Part shown: positions 49,558 through 60,500 of the stretch, piece after piece | How the letters are laid out: every line of letters starts with the position of its first letter | Position numbering within the stretch: position 1 is the first letter of the stretch | Assembly (NCBI GenBank): GCA_030141605.1 | Contig: JAQGDQ010000027.1 | Span: 915,306 to 979,305 of the forward strand | DNA: 64,000 bases | DNA from: Tubiluchus corallicola | Taxonomy: Eukaryota; Animalia; Priapulida | Direction of reading: 5' to 3' | Position numbers and translations under genes: made by a program | The notes under the pieces: generated by a model | Database searches by the model: none | What the model was told of the DNA's origin: nothing | The model's input: only the letters and a program-made list of their open reading frames with translations

Positions 49558-50618
49558 TTTGTTATAATCTCGGTATTTTACATTTCACGCACCACTCGCT
49601 TTCCTGTTTTCCCAAATTCCTTAACAATAGAGTTTTAGTTTATCAAATGATTTCAAGAAAATCGTAAGAATGTGGATAGAAACCTGAAAAAAGCCAATTT
49701 TGTCCGACTCTACCCCATTTTCCCTATGTGCTGAACCGTTTACGCAGCAATACGAGGACCTCAGTCGCTTATCTATCAATTGTTCTCAGTAAAATGAACA
49801 TTTGGTGTGTCTAGATGATCCCATTTTGTGATCTCCGCCCGTGACGGATGCCACCTAGGGCGCAGGCCTCAGAGGGGCACAACACTGAGCGTTGGAGAGT
49901 CACAGCTTTATACAGATTATAGTTTCATGGAAAAAACAACAGTTTCTTCTTTAATTTGTTGAATTGGGTGATAAAAGTTGCAACAAACGAATAAAGGGAA
50001 TGAAACTGAAATGCAATTTACATAGGGCACTTTTAAATCAGTTGTCTTTTTACCATTCTGATGTTTTCCAAGTCGGTGAGTAAAATTTCATTTTTTATTT
50101 GGGGCATCTAGAACTTATAGATCAAACCAAGAATTTCACTCAAGCGCTTGGTTTACCTGGAATTTCTATAATTTTGCATTGCAAGCGAAATCTGATGTCA
50201 CGTTTTTTTAAGTGAAAGCTCATAAATTTGCCCAAACTTAAAAGTACCGGGCACTTGCGGCCACTGCCTTAGTTGATATCACATTTCCAATATTGCTTTT
50301 GTATTGGCAGTATTAGCATCTTGTATTAGTCATTCTTGCAATTTAAGGTAAATTTTTGCAGTTTAATGGTTTAGGTTCTTTATTTTTTCTACGTGTTCGA
50401 ATATGTTTTTAAAAATCGAAGTCAACATATATCATTACAGGCAGGGGCAAGGAGTGCAATGAGTACCTGGCCTCACCTAGGTAGGCCTAGTCTACGTAGA
50501 CTACGCCACCCATTTTTGCAATGACAAATACTATATTTTTTGTTGGGTTAATCTGAGATAACATTAATGTTCATAAGGTCCTTACGATATTTACGTGCAC
50601 CACGCGGCACTTCCTGCT

Positions 50619-50683
50619 CAGTTCAATGTTAACAAAATACTTGGGCCTGAGTCAAGCACAAGTATTTTGTCAACATTGAACTG
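50619..50683. repeat. 65-bp near-perfect inverted repeat
   Basis: Arms cagttcaatgttaacaaaatacttg / caagtattttgtcaacattgaactg, 24/25 complementary. Confidence 0.85.
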
Positions 50684-51841
50684 TAAATGATTTCACACCG
50701 TTAAAACTGTAATTTTAGCTATAATTATTAGGTTAACAACGCTTTTGTAATTTTAACTGTAAAAATTAGAAACCTAACCTAAATAACTAACTCTTTACAG
50801 CTGATTTGCTGTCGATACCTTATCATTTAATTTAGCAATTTAATCATTTAAAATAGCTTATCATTTAATGTAGTCGATTAATTTAGCAAACGTAAGTTGC
50901 CGAAATACAAAGCAAATGGAATTCGTACAGCCTTATTTTATTTTTACGTTTTCTAAAGTCGAAACCTTAAGAAAATAAAACCAACGGCGCGTTCAGACTA
51001 GCGAGTATTCTGACAGCAAACTCGCAAGTGTGAACTGTTTCGCAAGTTACCCTGGACAAGTTATTTTGAATTCTCCGACAGTTACTGTGAAAAGTTCACT
51101 TCTTGCAGCGAATAGAGAAATGAGCGCCAGCTAATACTTACTGTCGGAGAGTAACTCGCATCAAGTTATGCTCTCTAATCTGAACATGCTTGAGTATCGA
51201 AAAATAGGACATGTCAGACAGAGTTACAAAAGCGAATAAATGAGAGCACAGAGACATGAGAAAAAGATTAGCAATAAAAAGCGTACAGAGAAAAGATGAA
51301 AGTTCTGCAAGATAAACAGCGAAGTAAAAAAGTGAAACTGGTTTAAATAAAACATTAAAAGAAGCAAGATTAAGAAAGTACATAAACATAATAAGGAAAA
51401 GAACAGTAACTCACATGATTCAACAAAAAGGAAAAAGATGAAAAGAATTAGAAATACTAGACAAAACAGAAAAGAGAACCTTGGTGAAGAGGATAGAAGT
51501 TATGAATATGTATGCACATATATAAAACAGCCAGCAGGACCTACCTCATAATAAATTATTATATTACATATAATATTTAGGCAAAAGTGTATCATTCTTT
51601 TCTAAGAAATATCCTGGAAATGGGTATGTGGGTCACAGTTTTTAAGTGGGGTCATATGGGTGAGCGTCAGAAACACGATCCATGTGGTCAGGTAAAAAAT
51701 AAATAGTAACATTTTTCTAACTTTCGAAATTTACTATTTTAAGTGAAACCTAGAAAAAATAAACTGTCTATAGAACACAACATCGCTGAAGTTTACAGTT
51801 CCCTACACATAAGTTTGCGAAATGGATTAGGATTACGGTAA

Positions 51842-51927
51842 GGATTGGATTAGTGTATTTAAATTGTATTGGATTAGGGTATTTAAATTGTGTTGGGTCA
51901 GGGTACTTAAATTGTGTGGGGAATTGT
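51842..51927. repeat. Degenerate 24-bp minisatellite, ~3.5 copies
   Basis: Unit approximately ttggattagggtatttaaattgta. Confidence 0.8.
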
Positions 51928-53770
51928 AAACTCATTCCTACAACTTTAATTTTATGACTGTAATTGAAATCTAATTCATGATATATCACCCAGAAGTTGC
52001 TTATTTTGCTGTATGAACAGTTAAGCATAATGCTAAGTAATGTAACTACATGATGTTCGGAGCTTTTGGGACACACTTTAACTTACCCTCGTGTTATCTT
52101 TTAAAGCACACTTCGGTTAGCTCTGTTTGAAATTCTGCTACATTACAAGTTATAGCTTTAATACAAAATGTTCAATGGTCTAACATAAAACTTGTGCATG
52201 TATGTTTGAACTAATTCCAACTTTGTATTAAATTAAAAGTATAAACTTCACTGTGTAAGCAAGCTCATTAATAAAGTAATTAGACTTTCTGTTAACATTT
52301 TCAGCAGTACAACTTGGTTAATGTCTAACACAACATACTGCTTAGGACTATTGAGCATGCTGTCCAATGAATAACAGCAAAAAAATTTTACCTAGAGCAA
52401 CTGTACTCAAGTTTGCTTACACTTGGTAGGCCAAAAGTTAGGGCCATAGAGCTTTGATACGATACACTGGAAAATAATAAAGTGTGCAAAGAACAAGAAA
52501 AAAATTACATTTTCTTATAATTTCTTTTTTAATTAATAGGCTGAATTTTGATTTAAGTGTATGCTAGAAAATGAACCACCAATTTGCTAATGTTAAATGC
52601 AAGAAACTTTCATCTAAATACCACAAAACAACGGCATGTGGTACTCTCAAAAATTTACTTTGAACATAATAGATTGGATAGAACAAAATGAATATTTCTT
52701 TTGAAAATGTGTTACAACAGTATGCAATACCTTGTTAGATGACGAAGTCAATGTTCGAACTGTAAATTTTGTGTATTGCCAAAGCAGATAGAAGGGCAAA
52801 CAATGTAAATTTTAGGTTTCAATATATAGTATTTAGGCTTGGTAATCAGTCTGGATACCTAAAATTTTATAAAAAACATTAGTATAGGTGTTACTCCCCA
52901 TTTTATAGTAATATGTCGTTATTTGAAATAAAATACAAATATGTGTTGGTCCTCTGGATTAGCCATATTCTTGTAAAAACAAGATATTTTTTCAACTGTA
53001 ACAAAAATGAGACAAAAATGATACACCATTTTGCTAATGTTAAATGCAAGGAACTTTTCTATCTAAATACCACAAAAGAAGGCATGAGGAGAGGCAAAAA
53101 CATTGCTTAATCACATTTTAAGTTACGATGTACCGTTTATGTGTAATTTTTTTGACAAATTTTCTCTTGTAAAATAATAATACTCTCACGACATTTAAAA
53201 ACAATTTGCAAGTACTACGCACAAGTCTCTTTTTCCAATTCTGACACCATATGCATGGTGATCACATGAACTAAATCAGAAATTGACAAGGTACATTTTC
53301 TAATTGTTACATTTTAGAATTTAGTTTATTTCTCCAAATTTTGTTGTAAGGCATTTTACAAAGTTTTGCGAAACAGCTATAAGTTTAGCCAGAAGTACAA
53401 TTTCAGTTTGTCACAGCTACTTACAGAGCATCTACTACCTAAAATAAGCATGGTATAAGTTGCAAAATATGCTGTGCATATTAAATTATTATCAAATGAC
53501 AATCCCTTCCAAATTAAGCATGAAATTAACATGACATTGTATCTTGAATGTATTAAAACTGTTCAATGTTTACCACAATTAATTTTTATTATGTGCATTG
53601 AAGTTTTTCATATCATATTACAAGAGCACTTCTAATCGTTTTTAAGTCTGAATATATAACATAAGCTACATAACATATCTGAAACAATTAAACATTAATT
53701 AGCAGCAAAATTTAAGACAATTTTTATACTAGAATAGAAATCATAATATGAGGAATAATTTTAATGAAAT

Positions 53771-54484
53771 TTAGTCTTTCTTTTTGCGACTGTTGTTATC
53801 TTTCTGAGCCAGAATGATAAGAAGATGTCGAAAAATGTTTACAAAATCTAGAAAAAGGTCAAGACAGTGCCAAATATAATCCCCATCTCCACGGCGTTTC
53901 TTCTCGATGATGGCTTGTGTATCGTATAAAACAAAGGCACACATAACAGCAAGACCAATGTACAAATTCACCTGAAACAACATCTGTGACTGAAAAAACA
54001 GATTAAGCATGGACGCCAACATCAGGTACGAGAGTGCCGACATAAGAATACCTCCTAAATACAGCCATTTCCTCTGATCAGCATAAAGAGCACTCAGTGT
54101 GAAACATCCAAAGATAACGCAAGTACCAAGAAATGCAGTAGGAATAATGGTCGGATTTATGTGAATAGCCAAATCAAGCAGTGGTCCCATGCTAAGTCCC
54201 GTCATCAGTCCAAATCCTATCAGATAGCCAAATCTGAGTTTTTGCTTGGATGCGGGCTCCGGAGGTGTAGCTACAATCAAAATCAACAATCCAATGGAAG
54301 CAATGCTTGTTAAAAAACTTCCTCGCAGCCACTCTGTGACAACATGGACATATCCTCCAGCAGCAGCAGCCAACATACACATTGCCAAGCAAGTGTACAC
54401 ATTTTTCAGATGTGATTTCACGGGCTTTTCTAGTTTTTCACCAAGAGAGTTAAAAAATTTATCAAACTGCGTTTGATTTGCCAT
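53771..54484 (-). CDS. TMBIM6: Bax inhibitor-1 (TMBIM6), 237 aa, single coding exon
   Basis: ATG at 54484 (MANQTQFDKFF). Motifs HLKNVY, MGPL, IPTAFLGT..IFGCFTLSAL, FVLYDTQ.IIEK...GD.DYIWHCLDLFLDFVNIFR; multiple hydrophobic helices; basic tail RKKKD. Confidence 0.96.
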   Translation of the reverse strand: MANQTQFDKFFNSLGEKLEKPVKSHLKNVYTCLAMCMLAAAAGGYVHVVTEWLRGSFLTSIASIGLLILIVATPPEPASKQKLRFGYLIGFGLMTGLSMGPLLDLAIHINPTIIPTAFLGTCVIFGCFTLSALYADQRKWLYLGGILMSALSYLMLASMLNLFFQSQMLFQVNLYIGLAVMCAFVLYDTQAIIEKKRRGDGDYIWHCLDLFLDFVNIFRHLLIILAQKDNNSRKKKD

Positions 54485-54622
54485 GTCGAATGCAAAAATT
54501 TGGATTGTTTTCCTCAAACGAAACGAAAACAAACAATCGTTAACCAAATTACAGCGAAATGACTCGTCGATTCGGGAACAGGTACACAATTATGCTGCGT
54601 CAGCATTTCTGTAATTTCTGCT

Positions 54623-54705
54623 TTTTTATACGATCACTTCATCCAATACGGAGATTCGCAAAGTCCGCAATGTCGGATGTGATACTGAGGCGCTGAAAAG
54701 CCAAT
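54623..54705 (-). promoter_or_regulatory. TMBIM6 proximal promoter (TATA plus two CCAAT boxes)
   Basis: TATAAAAA on minus at 54623-30; CCAAT on plus at 54643-47 and 54701-05. Confidence 0.5.
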
Positions 54706-55634
54706 GACATAGCAGTGACTAGTTTTTTGCTGCTGGGTTACCTATTTGAAGGCAGATTTATTTTATTTTAGAATGGTGCCTTCTCAATGTCTGCGAAAGA
54801 CATGATGGGCATAATATTATAATGATGATGTACATACATAATTATTTTCATAAGCAACCACCAGTAAATTTTGTTAATTTAAAAATAAATTTATTTAGTT
54901 TTTTACCTTATTATTAAATTTATTATAATTATAGTGGGTTGCTTGTGGTGCAGATATAGTTGTATGTATGCGCGATAATTATATTACAGCATTTTCAGTA
55001 AAAATAATTAGCTTCAAAAGCATTGATGTTTGTGAATTGTGATATATTTCCTTAATAGTAATTCACAAGAATAGTAAGGTCTTACTTTGAAATTATACAT
55101 CAAAATACCACGACGAATTTCCTTCAACATTCCTTACTGTTTTACTACTATCAATAATATTGATAGTAGAACATTGTTATAAATTATGACCTTCCTAGAG
55201 GTAACAAATTCTTAGTAAGTTCTTGAATAAAGTGCGATTTTTCTGGTGGAACCAATTCGAAAAATAAGCCGACCAGTGAGAAAACAATACTACCACAAAC
55301 AATACATCTCGACCTAGGTTTTCTCACTGCCCCTTGGTGGCTTACGTGCCCGAATGCGCGAGACATATACGAGCAGAATGTATGCTGCATAATTATATAC
55401 TGTTCTTTTCGTCATCATCACTGCATCTGTTGTTCTAGTTGTGATGGTTTTTCGTAACTTCCAAAATTCTTCAACTCTTGGTAATAATAATGCTAATAGT
55501 CACAAATAAAACAGAGAAAAAATAATAACGATGGAAAATTAACGAATTATAGAAAATTTGCGACTGTTACTGTAGATCAGGTGGATTAGGGTTACAAAAA
55601 TCAGACAAAATTAATATTATGCACATAGCACAAT

Positions 55635-57026
55635 TGTTACTCCAACTTATGAAATGTTAGTACGATCGCTAATTAGGCAATTAATGTTAATTAATTAATT
55701 GCCCGACTATGGGAGCTTCGGCTGGATCGGAATGGCTATGAAGAATACCAGAGTGACCTCAGACCACGAAATACGCGTTGTGAAGTAAATCTGTATCTCC
55801 CTAGTTTACAAGCTGGACTCCGCAATAAGCCGCTTCAATATGAATGTGATCTAGGATAGGTTCGAGTGACAGATAGTATCTCTACGAGTATGCAAGGTTT
55901 CTGGGTAATACTAGATCGCACAAATCAAAGTGAACACACTATTGATAAAGGTATACAGGTTTATTGATTAGACAAATTTTATAATTAGACGGCTTGACAA
56001 TAACAATATTCAAATAGATCTACGCGTGTTGCGTTTACAATCATTTATCCAAAATACACGACTGCAGTGTCGCTGTACAATTCAATATAATTCTGAGACA
56101 ACTGTTACTTTAATCAGTAAATACAATCTTCCACAGTTAAGTTCGAATTACTTGACAACACTATATAATGTATACGGTTACTTAACTTGGGGACTGGCCA
56201 ATCTTACAAGTTCCTTCAGTTGGCCAAGTCCTATTCCTATCATGAGCCGTCCTAAGCCTCAGTGGCTGGCGTTCCAACGACGCAGATGTTCACTCTATGC
56301 TGAGCAATAGAAACGATCTCCTACCTTCAGAGTTTTCTATCTGAGAGTCCAGCCCGTCACCTTCTTGACATTGACCAGAATCAAGCCAACAGCAGCCTCG
56401 ATTCTTCGTGCACTGTCCTTTTGAACCTCGGGTCATGTCACAAGACACACTCCGTGGCTGGTCATCAAAGCATTCTGACTCCTTAGTGCTCTATTGATCT
56501 GACCACCTACGCATCTCGACTTTTCCCAGTGCCTTGATACCTTTACTATCAGTGGGACAAGGTCCCATGGTGTCACTGTTCCAAAATTCATAGCCCTACT
56601 TTCAGCCTTCATTAACGTTTACTAAATTGGTTAGGAGCTGGTGTCTCTTGTCACACAATGAGTTCGGACATCCGTATTCTTAATCATGAACAATGGCGTA
56701 CCACCTGTTAATTAGCTAGGCTGCCCCGTGGACTCTTCAAATTACTTCTTAAATTCATACTCTTCCGAATCAGTATTGGCCAACCGCCTCTTAAATTTCA
56801 TAGAGTTCATTCTGTGGTTACATCTTACTTTGCTTATTACTTTATTTTCCATTATTAATCAGTTGTCCGAAATGTTTTCATACGTACATTAAACTCAAGA
56901 TATAAGCTGGGCGAGTCATTTTCCCTGAACGGAATCATCTTAGTTTCAAATGCTAATTATTCATTAATTGATTTCAATTTTATTTTCCCAATGAATGATT
57001 TAACATTCTAAAATAAATTCATAACA
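55635..57026 (-). mobile_element. Probable solo LTR (Gypsy-like), ~1.39 kb
   Basis: caat|TGTTA ... TAACA|caat: TG..CA ends, 5-bp terminal inverted repeat, 4-bp TSD CAAT; GC-richer than flanks; AATAAA on minus near 55960. Confidence 0.6.
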
Positions 57027-57440
57027 CAATATGTGCACTAATGCCACAACTTTGTCATTTACTCTTAGGATAAATGAGCATAATATGTGGACCTATTTGA
57101 GACGTTTACACCTGTAACTACATATCTGCACTTTGGAACTTTGACAGATTAAAAGCTAATAATTTAACACAAGTTGCCATGACGGCGTAAAAACTGTAAG
57201 CCAAAAGTTGAAACTGTGAATTATGGGTGTACACGAAAGATCTACTAAATTATGCATTTTTAGCAAAGACACCTGATACACATTATGATGATGTTTTCAG
57301 TCCTACTTACAGAACGTGTCCTTATCACGTTGCTTATGACCCAAGAACAACTATAGCTTGTAGTAATGCAAATATTTATATTAGGATCAAGACTTAGATG
57401 TATAAGTAGTCAGTGCATAGACCTATCATCGTAGCAAAAA

Positions 57441-57552
57441 ATGAAAATGCCTCGCTGGTTATTGTGTGGATCTAGTCACAAAAACAAAGTAGACAAAACG
57501 ATTGAAGAATGGAAGAAAAACAAACAAAAACGAACCAACCTTCTACTGTTAG
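57441..57552 (+). CDS. G-alpha exon 1 ([14 protein letters not shown]...TNLLLLG)
   Basis: ATG, AG|GTAAGT donor, phase 1 within the P-loop Gly. Confidence 0.85.
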
Positions 57553-60500
57553 GTAAGTAAAGTCTAAAGGGGGACAGTCACCTGTGAAATGGATTTGTGA
57601 CGTGTAGTGAAAGTAGTCTCTTTGTAAACAACGCGCAGTTATAAGTCTATTAGTAAGAGTTTAGGTTTGTATAACTGTGTCTTATTGATGTAAAATCTTT
57701 TAATAAACTGAAATTACGAAAATGAACGTCTTATTTACATGTCAAGAAAATGTACGTTCGCTTGTCATTTCCATAATATATGAACCCTAACGACTTACAA
57801 GAAGCATGATGCAAAACTTTGCTGGTACGTTTCGGATGTGCAACAGTGCAAGCAGCCACTATCAGCCATCTAAACCTACAAAAACAAAACACGATGTATT
57901 CAAATCATGGTTTTGATGTTTTGTTGTTACGGGTTAGATGGTTTATGATGGTGTTTGCACAGGCAAAACGAACCTAATAAAGTTTTCCATCATGTTTTTA
58001 CATCGTATTTTTAATCAGACTTCGTTTATCACCGAGTACAATCATAAATTATTATTCCATATTTTGGACGTTCCAGTGGGGTGTTATGAAACAAAGCCGC
58101 GTTATTAACATCTAATATTTTACTGGGCTTGCAGTAAATGTTGGTCGTGACGTATTTCCCCCTCCCTCAATAAGGCATTGAGGGAGGGATGTTTTTTGTA
58201 AGCTGATTAGTCAATTACCTACATAATACATAACACGACGGTTACATATTACCTGTACATGTACAATTTGTGATATGTGCAAAGTGTATTCTATGAATAT
58301 CATGCCAATATTTAATTTAATCATATTTTTGAACAACTAAGCAAAATTTTTATTTAAGAGCAACAAAGTAGTTCCAATATTCCTAATGTCATTTTCAATT
58401 CCGCAAGTCGACTCCAACCTATTAGCGAAGAAGTGAAAGACGTCCAAAGCCTTAACCACGTATATAAAATACCATACTAAGTTCATTAAATGTTAACGTT
58501 TTATGACCTGCTTCTAGGAAGACCACTAAAAGAACATAGTACAATCATATATACATATTTGGTTTAAAGAATTTGCTGTATAAAGCTTCCTAGCTGATCC
58601 ACTTGCAACTACAGTATTAGAAACACAAATAATTTTAGTTAAAATGCGTTTAAACGAACCCATATTTCTACGACTCCCGGCAATAATCCATTAATGATTA
58701 TACCACAAATCTCTTTCTCTGGTAATTAAATAGCGCTTAGTTTAGCCAATACAAGTGTCCACACGGTCACGTTAAAGCTAAGTATTATTAAAATGATTAT
58801 TTATGACATAATCTTCATTGCTGCAGTTGTTGTTGTTTGCAGGTACAGGAGAATCGGGAAAAAGCACCATTACAAAGCAGATGAAAATTCTCTATGTTCA
58901 AGGCTTCAACGATGAGTAAGTGTCTCATCTGAGTATCTAGTATTTATAATATTTGTTAGTTTTTTCAAGGGTCCGCTTTTCTCTCGCTTAATTATTTAGG
59001 CCTACCAACGTCTCAATTTTCACTAATATTTAGGTATGCTAATCATATCAATGCAATCATTAATGATGATACAAACGCGCAATAGTTAGAATCAGTTTAG
59101 AATCAGCGATCTCATATTGGAAATGCTGAAACTGATTAGTTAGCTACATGGATGAACTTTGAACTGTCGGTGGGGAACACGGTTGTGTAGCGGCTATTAT
59201 GTTATAGTGTCTGACTTGTAAACAGAAAGTCCTTGTTTGAAATCCAATCTTTGTTGACCACCTACAACCCATGAATGTTGGACTGTCATGATCGCTGGGC
59301 AACGCGGTAGTCTAACGGTTGTGACGCTTGTCTTGCAAGCAGAAGGTCTGTGGTTCAAATCCAGACGGTCAGGTGTTTCAACTTTGGATCATGTTGTAGA
59401 AGTAAATAAACAGAATCAGTAATTTGGCAATGTTCTAAGAAGAATTTTCATCCGCCAGACATGGCTTTTACGATCACTTCAGAAGAGCTTCGCATCGTGT
59501 CTCAACATGACGTAACGGTCCTCCTTGGTGACATGAACGTAACCACTGGCTTCTTCAGCAGAGACTCTTAATTCAGTTTAATTTTGTTCCGTTTACGTTT
59601 AACTATTGCAAGTATTTTTTGATGCAAACCAACATCAGCTGCACGTATTGGATATATAGACCCATAAAACTATTCTGGCTCTGTAGAATCTATTGGTGGT
59701 CAAGCCAACGCGTAGGTCCACGCACTCAACAATCCAAAGTTTCTCTACATACTGTTTACTTTCAGAGAAAGAAGAGAAAAAATTTATATCATACGACAAA
59801 ATCTTCTGGATTCTATACAGGTACTGCCTACATTTGATTTAGAACTGCTTGTGACAAATATTAAGTCTAACATAGATAAATTATTTTTAACGGTAACATA
59901 AAAATGTTTGTAACAGTGTTCAGATGTGTGTTAATGTTAGCGTTAGCGTTAGCACAATAGCATCAGTGATAGGATTATAGTAATAGCATTGGGATTAGTA
60001 TTAGAATGTTCTTGACCGGGGTACGAAGTAAAATTCAACCTTAAAAATGTTGTTCATGACATAAACCAGAACTTAAAAAATATGATATTGTAACGAAGCT
60101 GGATGGCACTGATTCGTTCTGCCAAGGCATAGGTGTACAGAAAACGTCCAAATGTGTAAAACAACGTGAAGTAATAGATTTAGGTAACTGAAAAAAACTC
60201 GCCAGATATCTAATCCATTATACTTCATGGTGGCTGTCCTTACGGAACAAGTGCTGAGACGGAATACGTACCTGGCCAGCTGCTCACTGAACCGAAGAAG
60301 CCATTCCTACTGACGATTTTATATCTCTTATTCAACGCCTTATAGTATGCAATGGCTTCGTATTGACGAGACCGGCACCACGTAGAAGGGTGAGGAGTCG
60401 AAAATAAAATGTAATTCGTCCGCATAGCAATATAAAAATGTAAACGTGGGAGTGAAAGTAACTGGCCTAGCTGTAGCCTCATTCGACACTCCATCTCAAT

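Noticed and set aside
51842-51927. CRISPR-like array
   Set aside because: Head-to-tail degenerate 24-mers without unique spacers, in eukaryotic DNA; an ordinary minisatellite.
54485-54589. 35-aa N-terminal extension of the BI-1 ORF
   Set aside because: Starts at a non-ATG codon; the first ATG at 54484 gives a typical BI-1 length.
59297-59370. Possible tRNA-Ala(TGC) gene
   Set aside because: Acceptor and anticodon stems do not pair properly, and degenerate copies exist elsewhere; treated as a tRNA-derived repeat.
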